64,000 bases of DNA from assembly GCA_030593145.1 (NCBI GenBank), contig JAUVHU010000003.1, positions 9,962 through 73,961 on the forward strand, given 5' to 3'. This document shows positions 18,926 to 29,912 of the stretch, one piece after another. A program made the position numbers and the translations under genes. How positions within the stretch are numbered: position 1 is the stretch's first letter; every line of letters starts with the position of its first letter. Source of the DNA: Desulfobacteraceae bacterium (GTDB lineage Bacteria; Desulfobacterota; Desulfobacteria; Desulfobacterales; ETH-SRB1). The notes under the pieces were generated by a model that ran no database searches, had not been told where the DNA came from, and was given only the letters and a program-made list of their open reading frames with translations.

Positions 18926-21913
18926 ATGAACAACCTTTCTAATAATGACTTCATGGACATCCTGATGAAGTTTGACATGATGCCAGAAACAGGTAAATCG
19001 TCTGGATTGGTTTTTGTTGGAAAAGAGAAGCGAGATAACAGTGAAGTGATAGCTCTGGAATATGCTAAAAAATACGGAGCCGATGCTGTATATTTCAGGC
19101 GGTTTGATGGTGGCCGCCCCCCGATCCCACAGATTTATATATATGATTTTACTGAAAATGAAAAGGATGATGATGAAATAGGTGTTTTATATAAAAGATT
19201 ATGGAATTTTGGCCAGGTCCCGCTTTTTTTTATTTTTTATAAAACTGAAGTTAAGATTTTCAACTGCCTGAAACATCCAAAACTTGATCCATCAACCGGA
19301 GATATATCATATTCAGTCTTTGAAACGATTAACTTAGCCTCAAATATAAAGAAAGAATTGGACAAAACAAAGGACTTTTCAGCAAAGCGATTTGATAATG
19401 GCACATTTTGGACCAACCCCAAATATAAAGACAGATTTAAGTTAAAAGATACAGTATATTTAAAATTATTAAATGAATTAAAGCGGACAAGAACAGATAT
19501 AATCAAAAGCAAAATTCTGAAAGATGAAATCGCTCAAAAGCTCTTTGTTATGTCGATCCTTGTTAAGTATCTTGAGGAACGGGAGGATGAAAACGGTGTT
19601 AAAGTTTTTCCATCAGGGTTCTTTAGCGATTTTTCAGATGGACATGATACTTTTTTGGGCGTTTTGAGGAAAAAGGGGGCGTGCCTTGATCTGTTCGACT
19701 ATTTAGGTAGTAAAGACTGTTTTAACGGCGAGATTTTCAAATGGAAAGATGAAAAAGAGAGAGAAACTTTAAAAAACGCAGACCTTAAACCTTTTGCAGA
19801 TTTTTTCGAAGGAAAACTGGATGGCCGCCAGTATACATTCTGGAGGCTCTATTCTTTTAATGACCTGCCCATAGAATTAATCAGCAATATTTATGAGGAA
19901 TTCCTGGAATCTAAAAAAGGCATCGTTTATACGCCCCCATATTTAGTCAATTTTCTTATTGATGAGCAGATGCCTCTTACCGACTTTCATAAGACTGATT
20001 TCAAGGCTATTGATCCGGCTTGCGGGTCAGGTGTTTTTCTGGTTGCCGCATTTCGGAGAATGATACACTGGTGGAGAATTCGAAATGATTGGAAAAAACC
20101 GGATGCTAACAATCTGAAAGAATTAAAAAAGATTCTCAAAAATAATATCTTTGGCGTTGATATGCATGAAGAAGCTGTGCGCCTGACATTTTTCAGTTTA
20201 AGCCTGGCCTTGCTGGACGAGCTGTCACCTAAAGTGATATGGGAAAATCTAAAATTTGACAACCTGCGGGAAAGCAACCTAATAAGCAAAGATTTTTTTA
20301 AATTAATAAAGGATAATTTTTTCCAATCTGATTTTGACCTTGTGATTGGGAACCCACCTTTTGAGTCTAAATTAACTACTGCTGATGCAAAACAGATTGA
20401 ACAACAAAAAATAAAGGAAAGACCAAAACTGCCTGATAACCAGATTGCTTTGCTGTTCCTTGAGCAGGCCATGAACCTGTGCAAAGAAGGGTCCCATCTC
20501 TGCTTAATCATGCCTTCCGGGCCGTTTCTTTACAACAACAATTCTGTGGAATATAGAAAATACTTTTTAAGCGCTTATCATGTGCCTCAAATAATAGATT
20601 TTACCTTTTTAAGCGCGGTTCTCTTTCAAAGTGCAAATGTTGCTGTAGCAGCCGTTTTTGCAAAAAAACAGAGTCCCACCAAAGAAGATCTGCTTCATGT
20701 AACAGTGAGAAGAACAAAGCCGGCCAAGGAAAAGCTGTATTTTGAATTGGACTACTATGATTTCCATAGGATATCCCACCAGGAGGCATTAGAAAACAGG
20801 CTTGTCTGGAAAGCAAACTTATTAGGGGGCGGAAGGTTAAAGCACCTTATGGCAAGATTTGCGCCCCTGAGAACCTTAGGCGATTATTTAAAGGAAGCTA
20901 AAAATAAACATGGCTGGGCAATTGCAGAAGGATTCATAGTTGGCAATAGAGAAAATATAGATGAGCTAATAAAACTTAAGGCAAGTGCAGGAATATTATC
21001 CCTGAAAGATAGAAAAAGACTAGAAAGGTTGGAAAATAAATATAAAAAAGCAGACTATCTTACAGATAAAAAGACCTTACCTCGGGATGCGCTCACCGAA
21101 GAAGGGATTGTTGAGGCTGAAATTCACCCTTTAAGAGAAGAATATTTTGAACGGAATAGGCAAAGAAATAAGCTAATTTTTAAAGGCCCACATTTGTTAA
21201 TTAAAGAAAAAGTTACGAAAAATTCAATCCCAATAGCATTTAGAAATAATGACCTATCTTTCCAACATGACATTATAGGTATTCACGCCCCTGAAGACCA
21301 AATAGACAAATTATTACAGATTGAAAAGCGAATCAAAAATAATAAAACTTGCCTTTTCTATGTTGCAGGATATAGCGGATGTTACATGATCGGGCGGGCT
21401 ACATCTATTTTAAAAGAAGATTTCGGAAGCCTGCCCTTTCCTGAAGATGAAACGGAGCTTGAACTTACTGAAATTGAACAGATTTTAGTGGATGATGTTT
21501 TGGATTATATGCTCGATTTCCGGAAAAAAGGTGAAACGTCTGTTGCTGAAAAACCTGTTAATGATCATCAGTTGCATCGATTCTCGGAAACATATTGCAG
21601 GGTTTTAAATTCAGTATATAAAGAGTTCAAACCATACAAGCCGCTAAAAACCGGCTCATTTATCTGTTTCCCGTTTTACTACAAGGATAAACCTCAAATT
21701 AAAACAGAAAATCCGGATGAACTTGAAGCAGCTTTATATGAGCTAATCCAAAACAATACCAGCACGAATTCAAGAATTGTTAGAATGTTGAGGGTTTATG
21801 AAAACAACACTATTTATCTGATAAAACCCAAACAGACACGCTACTGGCTACGATCTGTTGCTATTCGTGATGCAGACGATACTTTTACTGATCTGGTTGT
21901 TCAAGGATATTAA
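18926..21913 (+). CDS. N6-adenine DNA methyltransferase, gamma class, Type IIG/Eco57I-like architecture
   Basis: GIVYTP (motif X), DPACGSG (motif I), IGNPPF (motif IV), long C-terminal TRD-like region. Confidence 0.9.
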   Translation: MNNLSNNDFMDILMKFDMMPETGKSSGLVFVGKEKRDNSEVIALEYAKKYGADAVYFRRFDGGRPPIPQIYIYDFTENEKDDDEIGVLYKRLWNFGQVPLFFIFYKTEVKIFNCLKHPKLDPSTGDISYSVFETINLASNIKKELDKTKDFSAKRFDNGTFWTNPKYKDRFKLKDTVYLKLLNELKRTRTDIIKSKILKDEIAQKLFVMSILVKYLEEREDENGVKVFPSGFFSDFSDGHDTFLGVLRKKGACLDLFDYLGSKDCFNGEIFKWKDEKERETLKNADLKPFADFFEGKLDGRQYTFWRLYSFNDLPIELISNIYEEFLESKKGIVYTPPYLVNFLIDEQMPLTDFHKTDFKAIDPACGSGVFLVAAFRRMIHWWRIRNDWKKPDANNLKELKKILKNNIFGVDMHEEAVRLTFFSLSLALLDELSPKVIWENLKFDNLRESNLISKDFFKLIKDNFFQSDFDLVIGNPPFESKLTTADAKQIEQQKIKERPKLPDNQIALLFLEQAMNLCKEGSHLCLIMPSGPFLYNNNSVEYRKYFLSAYHVPQIIDFTFLSAVLFQSANVAVAAVFAKKQSPTKEDLLHVTVRRTKPAKEKLYFELDYYDFHRISHQEALENRLVWKANLLGGGRLKHLMARFAPLRTLGDYLKEAKNKHGWAIAEGFIVGNRENIDELIKLKASAGILSLKDRKRLERLENKYKKADYLTDKKTLPRDALTEEGIVEAEIHPLREEYFERNRQRNKLIFKGPHLLIKEKVTKNSIPIAFRNNDLSFQHDIIGIHAPEDQIDKLLQIEKRIKNNKTCLFYVAGYSGCYMIGRATSILKEDFGSLPFPEDETELELTEIEQILVDDVLDYMLDFRKKGETSVAEKPVNDHQLHRFSETYCRVLNSVYKEFKPYKPLKTGSFICFPFYYKDKPQIKTENPDELEAALYELIQNNTSTNSRIVRMLRVYENNTIYLIKPKQTRYWLRSVAIRDADDTFTDLVVQGY

Positions 21914-21916
21914 TTA

Positions 21917-22633
21917 ATGCTTGCCGATACTCATAAATCCATGGCATCAGGAAAAATAGAAGGACCGGAAATAGACGCCCATATAATTGCTGTCGTGGAT
22001 TTTGTTGAGCGGATTTTGATCACATTTTCAGATAAATATGCCGACTCGGATATAAAAAATGAAAAAGGATTAACCCAGAAACTCGTATTAATCTTAAATT
22101 CTCATGCATTACGTGAGTACTATTCATTCTGGTTTGACAAGGAATATATGGAAATCCCCGAACGCGGCGACAGTCCACAGGTTGATATCGGAACAATAAC
22201 CACCCTTGAAAAAGGCATTGTAATCGACGCAAAAACATATACGGATGAATCCTTTTTTTCTATGGAGGCAAAAAGATTAGGCAATTTAGGAAAAAAAAGG
22301 TCAAAAGAATATCTGATCGGCCGATATGAAAACGAGAAATATATCCATTGCGGTGGTGTTGAACGGTTTAAACAGGAGAAACACGGTAGAAATTTAGAGT
22401 ATGGGGCTATTATCGGTTATGTTCAGGAACATGACTTTACTTACTGGTACGACCGCATTAATTTATGGATTGATGGTTTGATCCAAAAGAACTTATATTC
22501 TCCAGTGCCCTGGCTATTAAAAGACAAGCTGAAAAAAGATTATATCAGATCAACCACCGCAAAGTTTATTTCAACAACCTCCCGAAAAAATGATTTTATT
22601 ACGCTGTTTCATCTGTGGACAAGATTAAATTAA
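21917..22633 (+). CDS. Putative PD-(D/E)xK nuclease
   Basis: PQVDIG...SMEAKRL motif; starts 3 nt after the MTase stop. Confidence 0.6.
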   Translation: MLADTHKSMASGKIEGPEIDAHIIAVVDFVERILITFSDKYADSDIKNEKGLTQKLVLILNSHALREYYSFWFDKEYMEIPERGDSPQVDIGTITTLEKGIVIDAKTYTDESFFSMEAKRLGNLGKKRSKEYLIGRYENEKYIHCGGVERFKQEKHGRNLEYGAIIGYVQEHDFTYWYDRINLWIDGLIQKNLYSPVPWLLKDKLKKDYIRSTTAKFISTTSRKNDFITLFHLWTRLN

Positions 22634-22862
22634 CGGGTAAAACGTGCCGGAAAAAATTCAGACCAATTTCTTCGACTTTTAATACAACATACCTCTGCTC
22701 CGATTTGTGTAATGGAGTCACCCATTAGATGCAACCTGGCAATGTTGCGCAAACTTGCAGGAGGGAATTCTGCTCAGGTAGCCGTTTCGGTAACATCACG
22801 ATAAAATTTGTTAAGAGGCAAATAACTTTGCCCAGCCATAAACATTGTCCATGTTTATTTGG

Positions 22863-23993
22863 TCAACGCTGGGAAAGATATCCGCCTTGAACACCTTCTG
22901 GAGAAAAAACTATCTGCCACACCTGATTTACCCTTGCACGGAAACAACCTGCGCAGGATAAGAGATAAAATTTCCACATTCTGTAAAAACGCTCATCATA
23001 TTTTTCTTTCAGAACATCCCAATTATTATGGAAATTTTCAAACCATTGCATCAGGGTTTTATCGTAGTAAACACCAAAACTATGCCAGTCTTCAAGAACA
23101 AACAATCCATTGAAAGCATCGCATAGCTGTTTTGCAGACGGCAGCATTGAGTTAGGAAAAATGTAACGATTAATCCATGGATCAGTGTTTGTATCTGAAG
23201 AATTCCTGCCTATTGTATGCAGCAGGAAGAGTCCATTCTTCTTAAGGCACTTTTTAACTACACGCATAAATTCAGCGTAATTTTTGTAACCAACATGTTC
23301 GATCATACCGATTGAAAGTATCCGGTCAAAGACTTCATTGAGGCTGCGATAGTCCTGGAAGCGAATTTCTATTGGCAGCCCCTGGCAGATCTCCTTCCCC
23401 AACCGTGCCTGCTCTTCTGAAACAGTAATACCTATTACTTCAACATTATAGTGTTCAACAGCAAATTTAGCGGTCCCACCCCAGCCGCAACCGATATCAA
23501 GGACCCGCATACCAGATTTTAAGCCCAGCTTACGACAAATCAGATCCAGCTTGGCTTCCTGAGCTTCGTCAAGATTTGAAGCATTTTTCCAGTAAGCGCA
23601 ACTATAAATCATGCGCTTGTCCAGCATGCAACGGTACAAATCATTACCCATATCATAGTGGTAACGTCCTATCTTGAAAGCACGGGATGGCTTTTGCAAG
23701 TTGACTATTTTAGCCTTCACGACTTCGAATAAATATGAGAGCGGTTTAATCTTTGTATCCAGCCCGGCCCTAAAAACCTTATCAAATAATTGGTCAAGAC
23801 TGTCACAATCCCACCAGCCGTCCATATAGGATTCGCCGACACCCATCGAACCCTCGGCTAAAAATCTTGCACACATCTTATCATCATGAACCTGGATATT
23901 CCAGGGACGGTCGCCATTAATTTTAACATCGGCAAGAAACAATAGCTCTTCAACTTTTTGGTGTAACTTATCCTGACTCATTGCCACCTCCAT
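22863..23993 (-). CDS. cfa: Cyclopropane fatty acyl phospholipid synthase
   Basis: GESYMDGWW, HYDMGNDLY, YSCAYW, LDIGCGWG, IGMIEHVG, YIFP. Confidence 0.95.
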   Translation of the reverse strand: MEVAMSQDKLHQKVEELLFLADVKINGDRPWNIQVHDDKMCARFLAEGSMGVGESYMDGWWDCDSLDQLFDKVFRAGLDTKIKPLSYLFEVVKAKIVNLQKPSRAFKIGRYHYDMGNDLYRCMLDKRMIYSCAYWKNASNLDEAQEAKLDLICRKLGLKSGMRVLDIGCGWGGTAKFAVEHYNVEVIGITVSEEQARLGKEICQGLPIEIRFQDYRSLNEVFDRILSIGMIEHVGYKNYAEFMRVVKKCLKKNGLFLLHTIGRNSSDTNTDPWINRYIFPNSMLPSAKQLCDAFNGLFVLEDWHSFGVYYDKTLMQWFENFHNNWDVLKEKYDERFYRMWKFYLLSCAGCFRARVNQVWQIVFSPEGVQGGYLSQR

Positions 23994-24141
23994 CTATACT
24001 CAACAGAGTCATAAATGGCGTTTTTGAATTAATCAGAATTGCAAAACAACGAAGTTGTACGAAGGATAGAGTTAAAGAATGGTTTCATCTTCGTGTTTTG
24101 TAATGAAAAAAACACAATAAAGAAACTCCAATTATGACTGT

Positions 24142-24375
24142 TCAAGGTGTAACTGGATCTACGATCTTAAAATCCCATACTTCATCCTTGTAAATATCTC
24201 GAAGTTTCATGGAAGCCTGTTCCGGCGTTTTTGTCCTCCATGTTAAAGGCAAATCATCGTCGGTCATACCTCCGACTATATATGTCCAGCCATCCTCTTT
24301 TTTTACAATGCTCAGCGAAACAATCCCGCTATGATTTTTTCCTTTTGCGCTAACTTTAACTTTATTAATAATCAT
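24142..24375 (-). CDS. Small hypothetical protein
   Basis: 77-aa ORF with AGGGG RBS, co-oriented with neighbours. Confidence 0.6.
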   Translation of the reverse strand: MIINKVKVSAKGKNHSGIVSLSIVKKEDGWTYIVGGMTDDDLPLTWRTKTPEQASMKLRDIYKDEVWDFKIVDPVTP

Positions 24376-24434
24376 ATATTTCCCCTAAAAAAAGATACAG
24401 TAAATCGAGCTAATTTCAAAACGTCCCCTTTTGC

Positions 24435-25070
24435 TCATATTGTAATGACCTTCCCGGCACCCCCTTCGATATATTTATCAGGATAAGAAGCCCTGATTTT
24501 CTGAATGAACTGGGTGCAGTGGGTCGGGCAAATCTTTTTTAGATCATCTATCAAATCGAACTCTTTAAATCCGTGCAACCCTCCAATGAGCGTGCTGACC
24601 TTTCCATGCTTTGAAGCTGCTTTAAGTATTTCCCCAACACCTGGATGGGAACATCCGGCAATCACAACAACATCCTTATTATGTTTTATGATAAGAGACT
24701 GTTCACCATTTTCCAGTTCGCCTGTGGAAAATATATTTTCATGAAGCATTAAAGGTTCTTTTACCTTTATTACATCTCTTGCTCCCTCCGGCTCAGAGCA
24801 TGAATAAGGTATATAAACCATCGCTTTGTTAATTTTAAGAAAAGCGGAAAGCCCATCAATGTGATCCCAGTGATCATGTGAAATAAAAACCTCATCAACA
24901 ATTAAAGGATCTATGTTGAGTTTATTCATGTTTTCAAGCAGAATGTCGCCCTTGGCGCCTGTATCAAAAAGAATTTTCCTGTCAAATACTTCTATCAGGC
25001 AGGAAAACCCCCAGTCAGCTACAAGTCTTTCATTAAATGCTTTGTTATCATATATAATGGTTATTTTCAT
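24435..25070 (-). CDS. MBL-fold metallo-hydrolase (COG1237-like)
   Basis: WGFSC, ILFDTG, SHDHWDHIDG, GCSHPG, GGLH, PTHCT; start set at MKITIIYDN. Confidence 0.88.
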   Translation of the reverse strand: MKITIIYDNKAFNERLVADWGFSCLIEVFDRKILFDTGAKGDILLENMNKLNIDPLIVDEVFISHDHWDHIDGLSAFLKINKAMVYIPYSCSEPEGARDVIKVKEPLMLHENIFSTGELENGEQSLIIKHNKDVVVIAGCSHPGVGEILKAASKHGKVSTLIGGLHGFKEFDLIDDLKKICPTHCTQFIQKIRASYPDKYIEGGAGKVITI

Positions 25071-25080
25071 CTTATCTTCA

Positions 25081-25246
25081 TGAGCCAATTCCAAAATGTC
25101 CCCTTTTGCCCAATCTCTGCGTCAGGCTCAAATTCCAATCCTCGAAATATTCAATATATTCCTCCGGTTACACGCAGTGAAGCGTCAGCGCTCATTTTTC
25201 GCCTTCCTTGCACTCGAACAAAATTGAACATTTTTCAAAGGTCTCA
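25081..25246. mobile_element. MITE family A copy with an extra hairpin insert
   Basis: Aligns to 15468-15611; extra cacgcagtgaagcgtcagcgctc. Confidence 0.8.
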
Positions 25247-25249
25247 TCC

Positions 25250-26791
25250 TCACAGCAATGATTTTCCGGTCATTCTTTCGGGCCTGTCTATGCCCAAAAT
25301 ATGAAGAATGGTCGGCGCAATATCTGCTAAAACACCTGTTTTTAAACTTACATGCTTTTGATCTTCGTCAACTAAAATAAAAGGAACCGGATTAAGTGAG
25401 TGGGCTGTATGAATATGCCCATGTTCATCTATCATCTCTTCAGCATTTCCATGATCCGCTGTAATTAAAACAACGCCGCCCATGGTCTGAATTTCCGCAA
25501 CAATTTTTTCCACACACCCGTCAACCACTTCGCATGCCCTGACCGCAGCATCAAGAACTCCTGTATGACCCACCATATCCAGGTTCGCGAAATTTAAAAC
25601 TATAAAGTCATAAACATTTGATTGAAGCCTTGAAATTACCTCCTCTGTTATTAGAAAAGCACTCATTTCCGGCTTCAGGTCATAAGTCGGAACCTCCCGT
25701 GGTGACTGGATAAGGCATCGATCTTCAAGGGGAAAAGGCTTTTCTTCCCCTCCGTTAAAAAAGTAAGTGACATGGGCGTATTTTTCCGTCTCTGCTATTC
25801 TAAGCTGTCTTAACCCCTTTTTGCTTATTGCCTCACCAAGAATGCCATCTATATGAACAGGAGGAAACGCCAGAGGCAGCGTAAAAACTTCATCATACAC
25901 AGTCATGCAGACAAATTCACACAGTTTTGGGAAAGTATTCCTTTCAAAAAAATCAAAAACAGGATCAGTAAAAGCATGCGTTATCTCTCTTGCGCGATCA
26001 GCGCGGAAATTAAAAAAAATAATCCCATCTCCATCTTCAACAACCGCTGTAGCTTTTTCATCCTTTCCTGTTATTACTGTTGGGAGAATAAATTCATCTG
26101 TTTCATTCCGCATATATGACTTTTTTACCGCTTCTACAGAATCCTTTTCCCGTATCCCTTCACCAAGCACATACAGACGAAAAGCCTTTTCTACACGCTC
26201 CCATCTGTTATCGCGATCCATTGCATAAAACCGCCCGCAAACAGTTGCAATAGCGCCCAGACCGATCTTGTCGATATATTCCTGTAAATCCTGCAGGTAT
26301 CCAGCGCCGCTGTCAGAAAGTGTGTCGCGGCCATCTGTTATCGCGTGTATATAAACCCGGCTTAATCCTTTATTTTTAGCTAGGTCAAGCAGGGCAAACA
26401 GATGATTTATATGGCTGTGCACACCGCCGTCCGACAAAAGCCCAATTAGATGGAGCGCTGAATTGTTGTCCTTTACCTTGGACATTACTGAATTCAGCGC
26501 ACTATTTTCAGCAAACGAACCATCACGAATAGCCGTATTTATTCTAAGCAAATCCTGATAGACTATCCTGCCGGCGCCTATGTTTAGATGTCCCACCTCG
26601 GAATTACCCATGAACCCTTTTGGAAGTCCTACAGCTTCACCGGAACACAAAAGTCTTGTGCTGGGATATTCTTTTTTGAGCCTGTCCAGGCATGGAGTCC
26701 TGGCAAGATAAACAGCATTTCCATCACCATCAGGACCGATTCCCCATCCATCCAGAATCATCAACATGCACGGTCTTTTATTCTTTGTCAT
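25250..26791 (-). CDS. gpmI: 2,3-bisphosphoglycerate-independent phosphoglycerate mutase
   Basis: ILDGWG, MGNSEVGH, AETEKYAHVT, DMVGHTG, TADHGN. Confidence 0.97.
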   Translation of the reverse strand: MTKNKRPCMLMILDGWGIGPDGDGNAVYLARTPCLDRLKKEYPSTRLLCSGEAVGLPKGFMGNSEVGHLNIGAGRIVYQDLLRINTAIRDGSFAENSALNSVMSKVKDNNSALHLIGLLSDGGVHSHINHLFALLDLAKNKGLSRVYIHAITDGRDTLSDSGAGYLQDLQEYIDKIGLGAIATVCGRFYAMDRDNRWERVEKAFRLYVLGEGIREKDSVEAVKKSYMRNETDEFILPTVITGKDEKATAVVEDGDGIIFFNFRADRAREITHAFTDPVFDFFERNTFPKLCEFVCMTVYDEVFTLPLAFPPVHIDGILGEAISKKGLRQLRIAETEKYAHVTYFFNGGEEKPFPLEDRCLIQSPREVPTYDLKPEMSAFLITEEVISRLQSNVYDFIVLNFANLDMVGHTGVLDAAVRACEVVDGCVEKIVAEIQTMGGVVLITADHGNAEEMIDEHGHIHTAHSLNPVPFILVDEDQKHVSLKTGVLADIAPTILHILGIDRPERMTGKSLL

Positions 26792-27043
26792 AGAACTTTG
26801 CTTCCAATCCTTTTATTAATCAGAACTTCACAAACTCATTTTACTACAGAGCAGACAGGCAATTAAATTTGAAAAGGGCTGACTGTTTGAACGCATTAGT
26901 AAGCCTTAAGAAAAAACAGCCGGTAATGAGATATTTCCGGTATGATTTATTAATTTCAACCAACAGAAGCAGTTTTGTCATGTTTTTGTATGCTGTTTTT
27001 TATTTAGGCTAACTTGTCGCGTGAGTTTCAGCCCTTTTCAAAT

Positions 27044-27430
27044 TTAATTGCCTGTCTGCGGAGAAGATGCATTCACCATGCTATTAGTTGTTATCCTTTT
27101 TGCATCAATCCAAAGCCCTTCAAGGTCATAAAAATCACGAACAGATTCATAAAACACATGTATAATAACATGACCATAATCTAACAAAACCCAGTGCCCT
27201 TCCTTTAGCCCCTCTACCATATAAGGTCTTATTCCATGCTCTTTTTTAAGATCAGTCTGAATGTATTCCGCAATTGCGGTAACCTGTCGATTTGAACTGC
27301 CGCTGCAAATGATAAAAAAATCTGCTATTGAGGATAATCCCCGAACATCAAGTATAACAGGATTGATTGCTTTTTTGCCCAAGACTGCTTGAACATATAA
27401 ATCAAGAGATGGATCAAGATCATCGGTCAT
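27044..27430 (-). CDS. rsfS: Ribosome silencing factor
   Basis: ADFFIICSG, WVLLDYGHVIIHVF, FYDLEGLW; follows nadD. Confidence 0.95.
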   Translation of the reverse strand: MTDDLDPSLDLYVQAVLGKKAINPVILDVRGLSSIADFFIICSGSSNRQVTAIAEYIQTDLKKEHGIRPYMVEGLKEGHWVLLDYGHVIIHVFYESVRDFYDLEGLWIDAKRITTNSMVNASSPQTGN

Positions 27431-28104
27431 AGATAAAGTCCTTTTGTTTTAATAAATTCTTCCACTTTTTCAGGAACTAAATATTTAATAGACATACCCT
27501 GGTTGATAAGTTCGCGTATTTTTGTTGATGAAATATTTATCGGATTAACATCAAAGAAAAAAACCGGTTTTTTTTTGTCATTCACATAACATAATTGTGA
27601 ATCGGAATATTTATAATTTAATGATATCTTGTTTTGAAGATAATTTTCAAGGGATTTTCGCATTATAGATATGTCGTTTTGCTCCGCGGCAGAGCGGGTA
27701 ATCACAACAAAGGAAGTAAGCATGAAAAGATCCATATAAGATTTCCAGGTATCTATTTCGAGGAAAGCGTCAAGCCCCAGGATAAAATAGATCCGGCTGT
27801 CTTCCGGCAATATGGATTTAAAATAAATAATAGTATCAATAGTATATGAAGGCCCTGAACGTTTCAGCTCAACATCGGAAATAATAACCGATTTCATAAA
27901 GTCCGGGGTGCTTGAAACAGCAAGACGTATCATCTCAATACGGTCTTTTGCATCAACAACACTGTGTTGCTCTTTGTGTGGAGGAATTGCGGAAGGAATA
28001 ATATAGCTTTTATCCAAAGCAAACCCTTTTTGCACCTCACAAATAGCCTTAAGGTGTCCATTGTGAATCGGATTAAAAGTGCCGCCAAACAGTCCTATAC
28101 GCAT
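27427..28104 (-). CDS. nadD: Nicotinate-nucleotide adenylyltransferase
   Basis: FGGTFNPIHNGH, PPHK, SYTIDT, ISSTKIR. Confidence 0.95.
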   Translation of the reverse strand: MRIGLFGGTFNPIHNGHLKAICEVQKGFALDKSYIIPSAIPPHKEQHSVVDAKDRIEMIRLAVSSTPDFMKSVIISDVELKRSGPSYTIDTIIYFKSILPEDSRIYFILGLDAFLEIDTWKSYMDLFMLTSFVVITRSAAEQNDISIMRKSLENYLQNKISLNYKYSDSQLCYVNDKKKPVFFFDVNPINISSTKIRELINQGMSIKYLVPEKVEEFIKTKGLYL

Positions 28105-28106
28105 TA

Positions 28107-29363
28107 CTACAGCCTTATCTGCCCATCTCCAAAAACCACAAATTTGGTAGTTGTAAGCTCCTCTAATCCCATTGGTCCAAAGGCATGAAGCTTAGAAGTG
28201 CTTATGCCAATTTCGGCTCCCAAGCCAAGCTGCCCTCCATCATTAAACCGGGTTGAAGCATTAACCAGCACAACCGAAGAATCGACTTCGCGTATAAAAC
28301 GCCTGGCCCTTTTATAGTCTGATGTAACAATGACTTCAGTATGGCTGGAACCGTACTTTGCCATGTGTGCGATGGCCTGATCCATATCCTCCACTACCTT
28401 TACAGCAATAACGAGATCCAGATATTCGGCCGGCCAGTCCTCTTCCGCCGCCTTTATTGCTTTTGGCAGGATACGGCATGTTTCAGGGCAACCCCTGATT
28501 TCAACTCCCGCTTTGACAAACCGTTTTTCCATGGTAGGCAAAAACTCCTGGGCCACTGCTTTGTGAACAAGCATTGTCTCCATGGCATTGCATACGCCTG
28601 GACGCTGAACCTTTGCATTAAAACAGATCTCTTCAGCCATAAACATATCTGCGCTATCATCAACATATACATGGCATACGCCTTTATAATGTTTTAATAC
28701 AGGTATCTTTGAATTTTCCACAACAAAACGGATTAAACCCTCGCCGCCCCGGGGAATAATAAGATCAATAAATTCCTCCTGCTCTAAAAGTGCGTTGACA
28801 GCCGCCCTGTCCCTAACCGGTATAACATTGACCACTGCCTCCGGAAGACCGCTTTCAACAAGAGCATGGCCTATAATTCCAGCTAATGCCTGATTAGAAT
28901 GGAGCGACTCAGAACCACCACGAAGTATAACCGCATTTCCTGCTTTCAGGCAAAGGCCGGCGGCATCTACGGTAACGTTTGGCCTTGATTCATAAATTAT
29001 GCCGATAACACCAAGAGGTATGCGCATACGCGCCACCTGCAAGCCGTTGGGCCTTATCCATGTTTTGCTCATAGAGCCGACAGGGTCGTCAAGCTGCGCC
29101 ACTTCCCTCAGACCATCAGCCATAGATTTTATAGTCGAATCAGATACAGTGAGCCGGTCAATCATTGCATTTGAAAGCCCCATCTCCTTTGCGCGTAAAA
29201 GATCCTTATTGTTTTCTTCTTTTATATATGAAGCTTCTTTTTCAATTTTACCGGCAAGCCCGATAAGAACTCCGTTTTTTATAACTGACGGGCATTTTGC
29301 TATCTCTATTGAAGCGGCTCGTGCGGCTTTTGCCATCTCCAGAATCGTTGATTCAACAGACAT
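28107..29363 (-). CDS. proA: Glutamate-5-semialdehyde dehydrogenase
   Basis: [34 protein letters not shown]. Confidence 0.97.
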   Translation of the reverse strand: MSVESTILEMAKAARAASIEIAKCPSVIKNGVLIGLAGKIEKEASYIKEENNKDLLRAKEMGLSNAMIDRLTVSDSTIKSMADGLREVAQLDDPVGSMSKTWIRPNGLQVARMRIPLGVIGIIYESRPNVTVDAAGLCLKAGNAVILRGGSESLHSNQALAGIIGHALVESGLPEAVVNVIPVRDRAAVNALLEQEEFIDLIIPRGGEGLIRFVVENSKIPVLKHYKGVCHVYVDDSADMFMAEEICFNAKVQRPGVCNAMETMLVHKAVAQEFLPTMEKRFVKAGVEIRGCPETCRILPKAIKAAEEDWPAEYLDLVIAVKVVEDMDQAIAHMAKYGSSHTEVIVTSDYKRARRFIREVDSSVVLVNASTRFNDGGQLGLGAEIGISTSKLHAFGPMGLEELTTTKFVVFGDGQIRL

Positions 29364-29515
29364 TTTTCCCCCTTGAAATGTTTATTATGTTTTCTTCACC
29401 ACGAAGAACACGAAGAAATTATAAAACCATTAATTTTAAGCTTCGTGTACTTCATGGTTTAATTTTATAATCCTGGTATTAATTTAACCTTTTGAAACAA
29501 ATCGATCTCAAACAA

Positions 29516-29714
29516 GCTTCAGGTATAATTAAATTTTATACTGGAAACTGTCTGAATAGATTATGGATCGTTATGAAAGAACCATAATCTATTTGATTTA
29601 AAGATAAAACATTCCATTAAAACAAAAACCTTTATTATTAGCCCATACAGGTTCTTTCATTACGAGCCGTTATCTACGAGTTTTTTCAGTATAAAATTTA
29701 ATTATACCTGAAGC
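29516..29714. repeat. ~200-bp long inverted repeat
   Basis: gcttcaggtataattaaattttatactg / cagtataaaatttaattatacctgaagc, plus inner arm pair atgaaagaacc / ggttctttcat. Confidence 0.85.
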
Positions 29715-29750
29715 GGCGCTTGCCAAAAACCGAACTTTTCATTCAGGCAT

Positions 29751-29912
29751 TATACCTCGAAAGGCCACAAATTGCGGTTTTTCGCTGGCCATGAACACCA
29801 ATAGCTGCGTTGCTCAGGCTTGCTAATAGCTTGCTATTCCGCACCTTCGCGCCTTGCTCTTGATGCTCATTGCTCACCGAAAAAAACGCAATTTGCAACC
29901 TTCCGAGGTATA
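29751..29912. mobile_element. ERIC-like MITE, family F (TATACC...GGTATA termini)
   Basis: TIR tatacctcgaaagg / ccttccgaggtata; internal gcgttg...cgccttg core. Confidence 0.75.

Noticed and set aside
22634-22862. Possible gene remnant between the nuclease gene and cfa
   Set aside because: Only short open frames with no recognisable motif.
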